From positions 864,001 to 928,000 of the forward strand of contig CAWHAE010000009.1 in NCBI GenBank assembly GCA_963827235.1: a DNA stretch of 64,000 bases, written 5' to 3'. Source of the DNA: an uncultured bacterium. Its GTDB lineage: Bacteria > Chloroflexota > UBA5177 > JANWHV01. The notes beneath the pieces are model-generated. The model was not told where the DNA came from. It saw only the letters and a program-made list of their open reading frames with translations, and did not search any database. Each line of letters starts with the position of its first letter. Position 1 is the stretch's first letter. This document shows, one piece after another, positions 10,100-19,463 of this stretch. Made by a program: the position numbers and the translations under genes.

Positions 10100-11137
10100 A
10101 TGACTTCTCTGGTACTTGAGCGAGCGCACGTGTTGAAGCTGCGAGATATCGACGTGCCGTCGACGCTGGGCCCGAACGACGTGCGCATCAAAATGCATAC
10201 GGTGGGAATCTGCGGCAGCGACGTCCACTACTACGAGCACGGCGCGATCGGCCAGTTCGTCGTCCGCGAGCCCATGGTGCTGGGCCACGAGGGCTCGGGC
10301 ACGGTGGTGGAAGTGGGCGGAGCAGTGCGCACACTGCAGGCCGGCGATCGAGTGTGCATGGAGCCGGGCATTCCCGACCCGAACAGCAGGGCTTCACGAC
10401 TTGGCCTGTACAACCTGGATCCTGCCGTGCGCTTCTGGGCCACGCCGCCGGTACATGGCTGCCTGACGCCCTTTGTGGTGCATCCGGCCGCATTCACCTA
10501 CAAGCTGCCCGACCAGGTCAGCTATCCCGAAGGAGCGATGGTCGAGCCGCTGGCCGTGGGCATGCACGCGGCGACCAAGGCCCAGATCAAGCCGGGTGAG
10601 CTCGCGGTGGTGTTGGGTGCGGGGACGATCGGCATGGTGACCGCGTTGGCGGCACTGGCTGCCGGCTGCGGCCGCGTAATCATCACGGACATCGAGCAGC
10701 CGAAGCTCGACCTGGCGGCACGGCTGGGGCCGATCACGCCGGTCAACGTTCGGGAGCAATCCCTGGCGCCGGTGGTGGAGGAGCTGACCGACGGATGGGG
10801 AGCGGACGTCGTCTTCGAGTGCAGCGGGAACGTGCGCGCCGCCGCCGCGGCCATCGAGCCCTTGTGTCCCGGCGGACGCATTGTATACATCGGCATGCCG
10901 GGCGAGCCCATCCCGTTCGACGTGGTTGCGGCTGCTGCCAAGGAGGCACGTGTAGAGACCGTCTTCCGCTATGCGCACGTCTATCCGCGGGCCGTGGCAC
11001 TGTTGGCAGGCGGGAGGATCGACGTCAAGCCGCTGCTGACGGACCAGTTCGCCTTCGAGCGAAGCATCGAAGCCTTTGAGTTCGCGGCGCACATGCCGCC
11101 GAGCTCGGTGAAGGTCTCCATCACGCTGCCGCAGTGA
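10100..11137 (+). CDS. Zn-dependent polyol dehydrogenase (xylitol/sorbitol dehydrogenase, D-xylulose reductase family)
   Basis: 'GICGSDVHY', 'LGHEGSG', 'GAGTIG'; structural-Zn Cys replaced ('[17 protein letters not shown]') as in bacterial xylitol dehydrogenases. Confidence 0.92.
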   Translation: MTSLVLERAHVLKLRDIDVPSTLGPNDVRIKMHTVGICGSDVHYYEHGAIGQFVVREPMVLGHEGSGTVVEVGGAVRTLQAGDRVCMEPGIPDPNSRASRLGLYNLDPAVRFWATPPVHGCLTPFVVHPAAFTYKLPDQVSYPEGAMVEPLAVGMHAATKAQIKPGELAVVLGAGTIGMVTALAALAAGCGRVIITDIEQPKLDLAARLGPITPVNVREQSLAPVVEELTDGWGADVVFECSGNVRAAAAAIEPLCPGGRIVYIGMPGEPIPFDVVAAAAKEARVETVFRYAHVYPRAVALLAGGRIDVKPLLTDQFAFERSIEAFEFAAHMPPSSVKVSITLPQ

Positions 11138-11222
11138 TGCGAAAGCACGCTGCCGCGAGAATCTGGACCATCTCTCGAGCGGGCGTTGGGGCGTCGATCA
11201 GGCCTGGTATGTCGCCGGCAGG

Positions 11223-12725
11223 CTACGAGTCCGAGCCTGCTCCATCCAGCCAGGCCTGGTAGGCGGCATCGTAGTGTTCGCGATCGACCGGGTTGGGCAG
11301 AACGGTGGTGTGCCTGGCTAGATCGTGGCCGGCAGTAGCGACGTCCGCGGCGTAACCCGCACCTACCCAGGCACAGGCCGCTGCTCCAAGCGCCGCCGCC
11401 TCCGGCGCGCCTACGAGCAGCGGGATGCCCAGCACGTCTGCGACGATTTCGCGCCACAGCTTGCTGCGCGTCTGGCCACCGCCCACAAAGAGGGTCGAGA
11501 CGGCGGCACCGGTTACCTGCTGCAAGAGGCCGACATTGTAGCGCATCACAAAGGCGATATTCTCCAAGGTGGCGCGTGTGATCGCGGCGCGCGCCTTGGC
11601 CGCCGGCTCGCCGATCGGTACTCCCCGCAGGTCTCCAGTCCGCTGCACGATGTCGCGGCGGCGCAGGTCCGCTGCGCTGCCGCCAAGATAGGCGCGCAGG
11701 CCGGCGGTGCCGATCGGCGCCGTTCGTGCGGATCGATCCATGTCGTCGAACGTGGTTGGTCCCGCCTCCTCGCCATCGCGCGCCCACAGTAGATCGCGGA
11801 GCCAGCGGTAGCTCAGGCCGGTCGCGCCGGCATTGGCTTCCACGACCCACAGGCCGGGCACGACGTGACAGCGCGTCCACGTCCTCTCCTTGGCATCAAG
11901 GCGTGGCTCGGCAACTGTGAGCAGAATGGGTGTCGTCGTGCCTGCGATTGCTCCGGCCTGTGCCGGCTCGACTGCGCCCAGGCCGACCATACCGCACTGC
12001 CCATCGCCACCGCCGAGGACGATGGGCGTGCCGGGCATCAGGCCGAGACCCTCGGCCGCCGGACGCGACAATCCACCTACTACCCGACCGGCAACGCCCA
12101 CGCTGGGGAGGATATGCGCCGGTACGCCCGCGAGGTCGCAGATAGAGTCCGACCAGGTGCAACGCCTGATGTCAAACAGCAGGCTGGCCGAGGCGCTCGA
12201 AGGCTCGATGACCGCCTCGCCGCTCATCTTGTAGCAGAGCCAGCTATCGACCATGAACAGCTTCTGAACGGAATCGAACAGCGACGGCTCGTGGATCCGA
12301 AGCCAGCGCAGCCGTCCGGGGGCGTGCACCGCGTTCAGTCTCTGGCCGCTGGTCTCATAGATCAGCTTCCCATGGGTGGCGGCGAGTGCTTCGTTCTCCG
12401 CACTGCCACGCGCATCCATTGACGAGGCGGCGTGCAGCACGCGTCCATGGGCGCCGGTCAGGATCAGCGCTTCCCGTTGGCTGGTTGCGCTGATGGCGCG
12501 AACGGCTTGGGCACTGATGCCGCCCGATGCCATGGCACCTCGCGTGGCAATGCACAGATCAGACCACAACGCCTCGGCGTCGAAGACGCTGCTGCCGGGA
12601 ACGCTGGGCAAAGAGGTGTACGACCACTCGCGGTAGACCGAGGCGACGGCACGCCCGGATAGGTCACATACGAGACTGCGTCCGCCGCCAATACCCGCGT
12701 CGAGCGCAATAACGCACTCTTCCAT
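11223..12725 (-). CDS. FGGY-family carbohydrate kinase, LsrK (AI-2 kinase)-like
   Basis: 'LDAG', 'EW...P.VPGS..FD', 'SATSQRE', 'MDARG', 'GGGDGQCG', 'GGGQTRSKLW'. Confidence 0.88.
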   Translation of the reverse strand: MEECVIALDAGIGGGRSLVCDLSGRAVASVYREWSYTSLPSVPGSSVFDAEALWSDLCIATRGAMASGGISAQAVRAISATSQREALILTGAHGRVLHAASSMDARGSAENEALAATHGKLIYETSGQRLNAVHAPGRLRWLRIHEPSLFDSVQKLFMVDSWLCYKMSGEAVIEPSSASASLLFDIRRCTWSDSICDLAGVPAHILPSVGVAGRVVGGLSRPAAEGLGLMPGTPIVLGGGDGQCGMVGLGAVEPAQAGAIAGTTTPILLTVAEPRLDAKERTWTRCHVVPGLWVVEANAGATGLSYRWLRDLLWARDGEEAGPTTFDDMDRSARTAPIGTAGLRAYLGGSAADLRRRDIVQRTGDLRGVPIGEPAAKARAAITRATLENIAFVMRYNVGLLQQVTGAAVSTLFVGGGQTRSKLWREIVADVLGIPLLVGAPEAAALGAAACAWVGAGYAADVATAGHDLARHTTVLPNPVDREHYDAAYQAWLDGAGSDS

Positions 12726-12970
12726 TCGTGCGCCCCTCCTGCCACGGTAGCCCTATTGTGCCGCCTGCGCGCGGGCCCTAGCCGCTGAGACGGCCGATGA
12801 TATAGGGCCATCGGTGCATCGTACGAGCCCATTCTGCCGAATCGCCAGGATCGGCGCGACCTCGGTCGAGCATTCCCTATGCTACCACAGCAACTCAAGG
12901 GCCGGAGCGCAGGCGAGAGCACCAGGTGCACCCGTGACTGTTACATAATGCCCAGATGACTGTGCATTCT

Positions 12971-13000
12971 TTGACAGGCGGAGCGGTCAGTGTCTATCAT
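12971..13000 (+). promoter_or_regulatory. sigma70 promoter TTGACA-N18-TATCAT upstream of the second DeoR gene
   Basis: Read from sequence; flanks resemble the 5572 promoter (TGTGC-N5-TTGACAGGC). Confidence 0.7.
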
Positions 13001-13119
13001 AGGGCCGTGCTTGGCGAAGCGGTGCCTGTGGGTGACGGCGGCCGCAGGCGGCTGCTGCTGTCGGCTCGCACAGGGGCCCGCATCCGGCGCCTGCCGGCCC
13101 GGCTTCGTGGAGGAGATAG

Positions 13120-13938
13120 ATGCTTACGCCGAATGAACGGCGAGCGCGCATCATCGATCTGTTCGAGCGCCGGCCTTACTACAGCACCCTCGAGCTCAGC
13201 ACGCTGCTGCACACCTCACGAATGAGCGTGCGCCGCGATCTCCAGGGATTGGCGGGGGAAGGCGTTGTCAGTCTGGTACATGGCGGGGCCCAGCTCAACG
13301 TCAGCTCAACGATCGAGCGCGATATGCTGGGACGCAGCCAAGAGAATCGCCTCGAAAAGGAAGCGATTGGCTCCTTCGCCGCCGGCATGATCGGGTCCGG
13401 CGAGGAGATCGGCGTTGACGGGGGGAGCACCACCCTGGAGGTCGTGCGCCATATCGAACCCGGCTGCGGCCTGACCGTGGCGACGCACTCATTGCCCGTG
13501 ATGATGGAACTCGCCGGCCGGAAAGACATTACGCTCTTCGCGCTCGGAGGCACTCTACACCACGGCCATCTCGTGTTCACGGGTCCGACGGTGATCGCCA
13601 TGCTGGCCACCGTCCACCTTTCGACTCTGATACTCGGCACGAGCGGCATCGACGCCGAGGGCGGGCTGAGCTGCGGAGAAATCGCAGACGCAGAGACCAA
13701 GCGGGCGTTGATCCACGCCGCGGACCGCGTCATCGTGGTTGCCGACCATAGCAAGATCGGCCGCAGGCGATTGGCTATCGTCGCCTCGCTGAAGCCCGGC
13801 TACGTGCTGGTGACGGATTCGGGCGTGCGAGATGCCGACCGCGAGCGTTTGAGCCGGCTCGGCGTCGACGTGCGCGTCGTCGCGTGCGCCGCCGGTGAGC
13901 CTTCCGACGCAGGCCCCGCGCGACGCATCTCCTCATAG
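13120..13938 (+). CDS. DeoR/GlpR-family transcriptional regulator (paralog of 5730-6578)
   Basis: 'SRMSVRRDL', 'VHGGA', 'EKEAIG', 'DGGST', 'ADHSKIG'; GGAGGAG RBS. Confidence 0.95.
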   Translation: MLTPNERRARIIDLFERRPYYSTLELSTLLHTSRMSVRRDLQGLAGEGVVSLVHGGAQLNVSSTIERDMLGRSQENRLEKEAIGSFAAGMIGSGEEIGVDGGSTTLEVVRHIEPGCGLTVATHSLPVMMELAGRKDITLFALGGTLHHGHLVFTGPTVIAMLATVHLSTLILGTSGIDAEGGLSCGEIADAETKRALIHAADRVIVVADHSKIGRRRLAIVASLKPGYVLVTDSGVRDADRERLSRLGVDVRVVACAAGEPSDAGPARRISS

Positions 13939-14347
13939 ACTGCATGCGCGATCGCGACCTATGCATCCTGCCTGATGCACGTACGGCGTACGCCACTGCC
14001 GGACCGAGCACGTGACCGGAGCTTCCAGTCTGGAGGGATCGTGACCGTTCTCTGGACCCGCCGGCCGGACCATTCGATAAGGCGCACGCTCCGCAGCCGC
14101 TCAGGTGGCCCTTTCTCCTGAGAAAGGTGTCTCGCCGTGTAGTGGCGGGCCTTCCATTGTAGGGCATTTTTGGCGCGATTTGAAGGCTATACAGGCTGTC
14201 CACTTAGGGGTATTCTGAGGCATGGCCCAGGCCGGTGTCTTCGCACCGCGAAGTTGTGGCAGGATTCGCGGCGCGTAGGCTCGTCGTGCCGTGATCGCAT
14301 GGTGCCGGTGTAGAGCCGGCAGCCGTCAGAGTATCTGGAGGCGTGGA

Positions 14348-17300
14348 ATGCACCGTGCAATCCTCGATCTTGCAGCCCTGCGAGCGTCTCGTACCCACCC
14401 GGCCGGAGACTCCGCGGGACTCGCCTGTGACGACTTCAGCCTCACGCGGCGCAAGGCGCTTGGCCTGGCCGGCATCGCCGCGGCAGGTATCTCCCCGGCC
14501 CTTCGAGCGGTGGAAGGAAGTATTTTCGGCACCTTTGACCTGGTACGGAGCGGCAAGGGGCGAATCGCCTTCGTCTACGGCGGGGAAGAGCGATGGGTGA
14601 TCGATACGCGGCGCTTCTCGGGATCGCCTGTGCTGCACGTGGAACAGAGCGCGGATCGCATCCTGCTCGACCTACATGGTGCCTTTTACCCCGGAACGGA
14701 CTTCGCTGCCGACCTGCAGGCAGATATTCGTCGCGGTAGCGGCGGCTGGCATATCTGGCTGAAGTTGGTGGCCGGCGGGTTCTCTGCGGATGGTCCCTTC
14801 GTGCCCTGGCTGGCCGGCCTGGACAGTCTTCGCTCTCGCGTCCGCCTCTCCGGCGCGCCGATCCAGCTCGATCCGGCGACATCCCTGATCGTGACCGGCT
14901 TCGCGCAAGCGACGTATACACCCGACTGGGTAACCACGCTTCGCGGGAAGGGCGTTGCCAGCCTGCGCGGGCTGGGCTCTCCGCTGGTCTCCGATGTCTT
15001 GCGCCTTGCGCTACCGACGGCAGCCGAAACCGGCCTGCTGCGTGGGGCGGCGAAGCACACGCTTCTGCTGCTGCAGCGCGGTGACCGCACCTGGATGTTG
15101 AAGCCCGCGTTTCAGCCCGCCGCGCGGTGGCGGCTCAGCATCCCTGCGAAGGCGTTTGACTCTATCGTGATCGATCTGGGTGAAGATAGCGCCCACGGCC
15201 GCATCTCGGCACTCGTCGCCGAGGCGGGCGAGCCTATCGCCTTCATGCCGCACACCGGCTTCCTGGACGCGTCAGGGGGTGCGGTCGCGCTACCGCTGAG
15301 CGGGGCACGCTACGCCATAGCCTTCAATGCCGGCGGCAATCAGCACGCCCTGGTGGCGCGGTTCGCCGAGCAGTCGACGTGGGTGCAGGTGGGAACCGGC
15401 GCGGTGCAAGTGGGGAGCCAGCCCGGCACGCTGCCGTTCGAGATCCACGCGCGTGGCTCGACGGTGACGGCGGTCCGCTGCACGCCGGCCGTGCTGCAAG
15501 TCTCGCTGCCGGTCGCCGGCGCCGTGGCGGCGCCAACGAAGCTTAGCGCACCGGTGCACCTTGCCTTCGTGACCAAGGGTTTGGAGCGGCCGGGCACGGA
15601 TCACGCGGCGCAGATCGTGCTGACCGACCATCCGGCGAGCTCCTTCCAGCGCTTTACGCTGATCAACCCGCAGATCTCCGTCGTACGACCGGCCGACCTG
15701 ATGGCGATGACCTTCGAGTTCATCAACATGAAGATCGACGTCTCTGCGACGAACAAGCCGCCGCAAGCGGTGCCGCGCAGCGCCAAGCTGAAGCCCTACC
15801 TTGCCGTGCACTTTCAGGGCCAGAATATCGCCGAGCAGGCGTTCTTTCAAGTGGAGCAGCAGGGCGTGGCGGTGCCGACGCGGCCCTATCCGGGCTCCAG
15901 CGGCGTGACTGACCCAGACGCGGGGTCCACGAGCAAGGAGTTCCCGGACGGTGCGCCCTACTCTCCGGTGGGCGCCCGCCTGGCCGGCGACAGCCGGCTG
16001 GTGTTCTCACTGCCGGCAGGCGTGAAGAGCCTGGCTCTGACGTTGGACGATCTGCTGGATTGGTCGAAGTTCACGCCCAGCGTGCCGCCCACGGCTTTGC
16101 CGGCCGGAGGCTACACGAAGTCGAAGATCGCGGCGCCGCTGTCGACCGAGACCTCCCTGGAGATACCGTGGCGTCTCAGCATCTCGCCGAACGTGTTTTC
16201 GGGGTGGGTGCATGCGTTCAGGCCGGTGACGCACAACGGCTGGACAGAACTGTGGCACACACGCTTGGGCGTGAAGGTCACGCTGCCAAAGTCAGCATAT
16301 TCGCCAAGCCGGACCTTTCTTGTGGATACGCATTATGCCTACGAGGCGAGCGACACGTCCGTGGGGCGAACGTACGGTGTGACCATCGACGCCTACGTGG
16401 GCGGGCAGCCCTTCGACCTCCTCCAGGCCTGGCGGACGATCCGCGCCTCGTGGTCGCAAGACTACCTGCCGAACTACAACTACTCGAACGCCCTGGGCGA
16501 GAACGTGCCGTTTCGCATGTCGCTGAGCGGGCGGGATCGCATGCAGATCGTGATCCTGACCTCGGACTTCAGCAAGGCGGTACCACCGGCTGCGAAGGTC
16601 GCGATCCCCTTGCCGTTGGTGCCCAGGCAGATCGTTATTCTTCCCAAGGGGATCGAGACCGAGCCCGCCGCGTTCATCCCACCATCGCACTACAATCCCT
16701 TGCCGGTGCAGGTTGACCGCTTAATGCTGTCTACGCTCGGCGCCTGGGTGGACATGCGTGGGGCCTGGCCTCTTGCCGTCAACCTGGGTATCCCACTCGT
16801 GGAGTGGCGGCACCGGGGGACGCAGGGCCGCGACAATTACGTGCGCGTGGTCTACAAGGGATACCTGTTCCCCTTCGGCCATTCCGCCTCGCTGGTCAAG
16901 GTCACGGAGCGCAAGTTCTTCTACCAGAACGGGCGCAATGTCGCGTACCTCTTCCAGCGTATGTTCATCGTCGTGCGTGAGCCGATCAAGCTGTTCGGCA
17001 ACACCGGCATCTTGATGCCGTTGGCGCAGCCCGGGCACCAGGGCTCCATCGACAATGCCATGCCTTTCAAGCAGGTGGAGATCACCACCAAGACCACACC
17101 GGATCTCGATCCGCCGGACGGCAAGAGCATCCTGCCGCTCGGCCCCCACCTGACGAAGAGCCAGGGCCTCGATTCGACACAGGGGTTTCTGGATCAGGAC
17201 GATTTCTGGCCGCAGGTCGGCGGCACGGACTTCCAGTTCCACCTGATCGGGCAGGACACTGCCGGCCAGCGGACGGAGTTCACGTCGCCACTAGCCTTCA

Positions 17301-19450
17301 TCAGCGTGGAGAGCTACCTGTCGTTCGACGCCGACTATATGAACATGGTGCGAACAAAGTACAACTCCAACGCCAGCGGGTACGCCGCCCGGCGAACCCG
17401 ACCGTTGAGCGGTCAGAAGGTGGCCTTCGCGCCGCCGAACAAGCCGGGCGACACCACCTTGAACGCCACGGACATGACGTTCGACGTCTACGTGCCGCCG
17501 TCGCCGTCGCGGCAGGCGCTGATCAATGCCGACCAGCCGCGGTTCTATCCGATCATGGCGACATCTACGGTTGGCATACCGGCGGTGGAGGCGCTGCTGC
17601 ACTCGGGTCAGAAGCCGCAGATCAAGCTGAGCAGTCACTACCTGGAGAACAACCTGGGTGGTACCGCGAACGTGGGCGAGGTGTTCGCGGAGATTCTGGA
17701 TTCCAGCCAGGCAAAGGTCGCCTTTGGCGGCAGCAGCTCGGGCGGTACCAGCACGCCGGGTACGGTGACGCCCAACCTGGCGATCACCGCTCTCTCCCGG
17801 GTAACGGGGCCGGTCGGCGGCGATTTCGACAAGATAGCCGACGGCACGGCGGCAGACGGCGCCGCGTCGCAGATCGAGGACTTCCTGAAGAACTTCTTCG
17901 ATAGCGATGCGAAAATCCTGGGAGCCGTACCACTTTCCTCGATCATCAAGCTGCCGTCGCTGAAACCGCTGTTCCAGGTCCTCTCGCTTGTCCAGGCCGT
18001 GGAGAGTGCGCCCGACACGCTGAACCAGCTGATCACTGATGCGGTGGCTAAGCTGCAAGGAAACCTGGCTGCGCTCCAGGCCCAGGCGTTGGCAACTCTG
18101 CAGTCGGATCTGGCACCGTTGCGATCCGCCCTTGCCGACCTGCAGTCTCCGCTAAATGCCTTACACAGTGCACTCAACTCGCTGCCGTCGATTCTCACAG
18201 ACCTCCTGGGCGACGGCATCGGCACGATCATTTCGGACCTGGGCACCCTGATTTCGGACCTGACCTCGGTTATCACGGATCTGGACAAGCTGCTGGGCGA
18301 TCTCGGCTCGGCGAACGTGGGCGCTCTTTCGGGCGACGTCAGCGCGCTGCAGACGCCGATCACCTCGTTCCCAACCGACCTCAAGACGCTGGTGGACGAT
18401 CTGAACAACCTGCAGGGCATCAACCCGCTTCCGTTGCTCAAGCATGGAGAGTTGCCCACGGCTATCGACACCACGCTCACGTGGTCGCCGCATCTGCAGG
18501 ATTTCGCTCCGTTCAAGGCTCTGGACAAGTTCCTGAGCGTGACGGCCACCGTGCACATTCCGCTCGACGGCAGCAGCGACCCGTCGTTCAGCATCGTCGG
18601 CACACTCGGTAAAATAGGCATCGACCTTGCCGACATTATCTACGTCGGCTTCGCCGGGCTGGTCTTCAAAGCGTCCAGCGGCGAGAAGCCCGACGTGACC
18701 GTGCCCGACCCCGGTGTCGAGGTGATGTTCGAGGGCCCGCTCTCCTTCGTCAACGACCTCAAGGATGCGATCCCCTCGGATGGGTTCACCGACCCACCGT
18801 TCCTGAACATCACGGCCGACGGGGTGGAAGCAGGCTTCACCTTCGACCTGCCCAGCATCGGCGTGGGCATATTCAGCCTGGAGAACATCTCGCTGGGCGC
18901 CAAGGTCACCATTCCCTTCATCGGTAGCAGTCCGGCTCAGGTGTACTTCAACTTCTGCACGCGCGAGCATCCCTTCACGCTGACGGTCTCCATGCTCGGC
19001 GGCGGTGGGTTCTTCGGCATCAGCCTGGGGCTTGATGGGCTGGACATGCTGGAGGCATCGCTTGAGTTCGGCGCCGAGCTCTCGCTCGATTTCGGTATTG
19101 CCAGCGGCAGCGTCTCGGTCATGGCCGGCATCTACTTCAAGATGGAGAAGAGTCCGCATGACCAGACCATACTCACCGGATTCGTGCACATACACGGCGA
19201 GGTGGAGGTGCTCGGCGGCATCATCTCCGCCTCGATCGATGTCGAGCTGGATCTGACCTACGAGAAGGATGGCCACGACACCAAGGTAGTTGGTGAGGCC
19301 ACGCTCACCATCTCGGTGCATATCGTCTTCTTCAGCATTACGGTCTCGGCGTCGGTCCAGCGCGAGTTTGCCGGTTCGCATAACGATCCGACCTTCGCCG
19401 ACCAGGTGAGCGAGCAGAACTGGAACGACTACCTCTTGGCGTTTGCGTGA
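14348..19450 (+). CDS. Giant (~1700 aa) uncharacterised protein with twin-arginine leader, internal amphipathic helical insert and beta-rich C-terminus
   Basis: 5.1-kb open frame with host-like codon bias; GGAGG before ATG 14348; 'SLTRRKALGLAGIAAAG'; no catalytic motif recognised. Confidence 0.85.
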   Translation: MHRAILDLAALRASRTHPAGDSAGLACDDFSLTRRKALGLAGIAAAGISPALRAVEGSIFGTFDLVRSGKGRIAFVYGGEERWVIDTRRFSGSPVLHVEQSADRILLDLHGAFYPGTDFAADLQADIRRGSGGWHIWLKLVAGGFSADGPFVPWLAGLDSLRSRVRLSGAPIQLDPATSLIVTGFAQATYTPDWVTTLRGKGVASLRGLGSPLVSDVLRLALPTAAETGLLRGAAKHTLLLLQRGDRTWMLKPAFQPAARWRLSIPAKAFDSIVIDLGEDSAHGRISALVAEAGEPIAFMPHTGFLDASGGAVALPLSGARYAIAFNAGGNQHALVARFAEQSTWVQVGTGAVQVGSQPGTLPFEIHARGSTVTAVRCTPAVLQVSLPVAGAVAAPTKLSAPVHLAFVTKGLERPGTDHAAQIVLTDHPASSFQRFTLINPQISVVRPADLMAMTFEFINMKIDVSATNKPPQAVPRSAKLKPYLAVHFQGQNIAEQAFFQVEQQGVAVPTRPYPGSSGVTDPDAGSTSKEFPDGAPYSPVGARLAGDSRLVFSLPAGVKSLALTLDDLLDWSKFTPSVPPTALPAGGYTKSKIAAPLSTETSLEIPWRLSISPNVFSGWVHAFRPVTHNGWTELWHTRLGVKVTLPKSAYSPSRTFLVDTHYAYEASDTSVGRTYGVTIDAYVGGQPFDLLQAWRTIRASWSQDYLPNYNYSNALGENVPFRMSLSGRDRMQIVILTSDFSKAVPPAAKVAIPLPLVPRQIVILPKGIETEPAAFIPPSHYNPLPVQVDRLMLSTLGAWVDMRGAWPLAVNLGIPLVEWRHRGTQGRDNYVRVVYKGYLFPFGHSASLVKVTERKFFYQNGRNVAYLFQRMFIVVREPIKLFGNTGILMPLAQPGHQGSIDNAMPFKQVEITTKTTPDLDPPDGKSILPLGPHLTKSQGLDSTQGFLDQDDFWPQVGGTDFQFHLIGQDTAGQRTEFTSPLAFISVESYLSFDADYMNMVRTKYNSNASGYAARRTRPLSGQKVAFAPPNKPGDTTLNATDMTFDVYVPPSPSRQALINADQPRFYPIMATSTVGIPAVEALLHSGQKPQIKLSSHYLENNLGGTANVGEVFAEILDSSQAKVAFGGSSSGGTSTPGTVTPNLAITALSRVTGPVGGDFDKIADGTAADGAASQIEDFLKNFFDSDAKILGAVPLSSIIKLPSLKPLFQVLSLVQAVESAPDTLNQLITDAVAKLQGNLAALQAQALATLQSDLAPLRSALADLQSPLNALHSALNSLPSILTDLLGDGIGTIISDLGTLISDLTSVITDLDKLLGDLGSANVGALSGDVSALQTPITSFPTDLKTLVDDLNNLQGINPLPLLKHGELPTAIDTTLTWSPHLQDFAPFKALDKFLSVTATVHIPLDGSSDPSFSIVGTLGKIGIDLADIIYVGFAGLVFKASSGEKPDVTVPDPGVEVMFEGPLSFVNDLKDAIPSDGFTDPPFLNITADGVEAGFTFDLPSIGVGIFSLENISLGAKVTIPFIGSSPAQVYFNFCTREHPFTLTVSMLGGGGFFGISLGLDGLDMLEASLEFGAELSLDFGIASGSVSVMAGIYFKMEKSPHDQTILTGFVHIHGEVEVLGGIISASIDVELDLTYEKDGHDTKVVGEATLTISVHIVFFSITVSASVQREFAGSHNDPTFADQVSEQNWNDYLLAFA
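18230..18313 (+). repeat. Four degenerate 21-bp tandem repeats encoding heptads ISDLGTL/ISDLTSV/ITDLDKL/LGDLGSA
   Basis: atttcggacctgggcaccctg / atttcggacctgacctcggtt / atcacggatctggacaagctg / ctgggcgatctcggctcggcg. Confidence 0.75.
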
Positions 19451-19463
19451 AAGGAGGCTACGC

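Noticed and set aside
11223-12725. Complete AI-2 (lsr) uptake system
   Set aside because: No lsrF, lsrG or SorC-type lsrR, and the transporter is not CUT2-type
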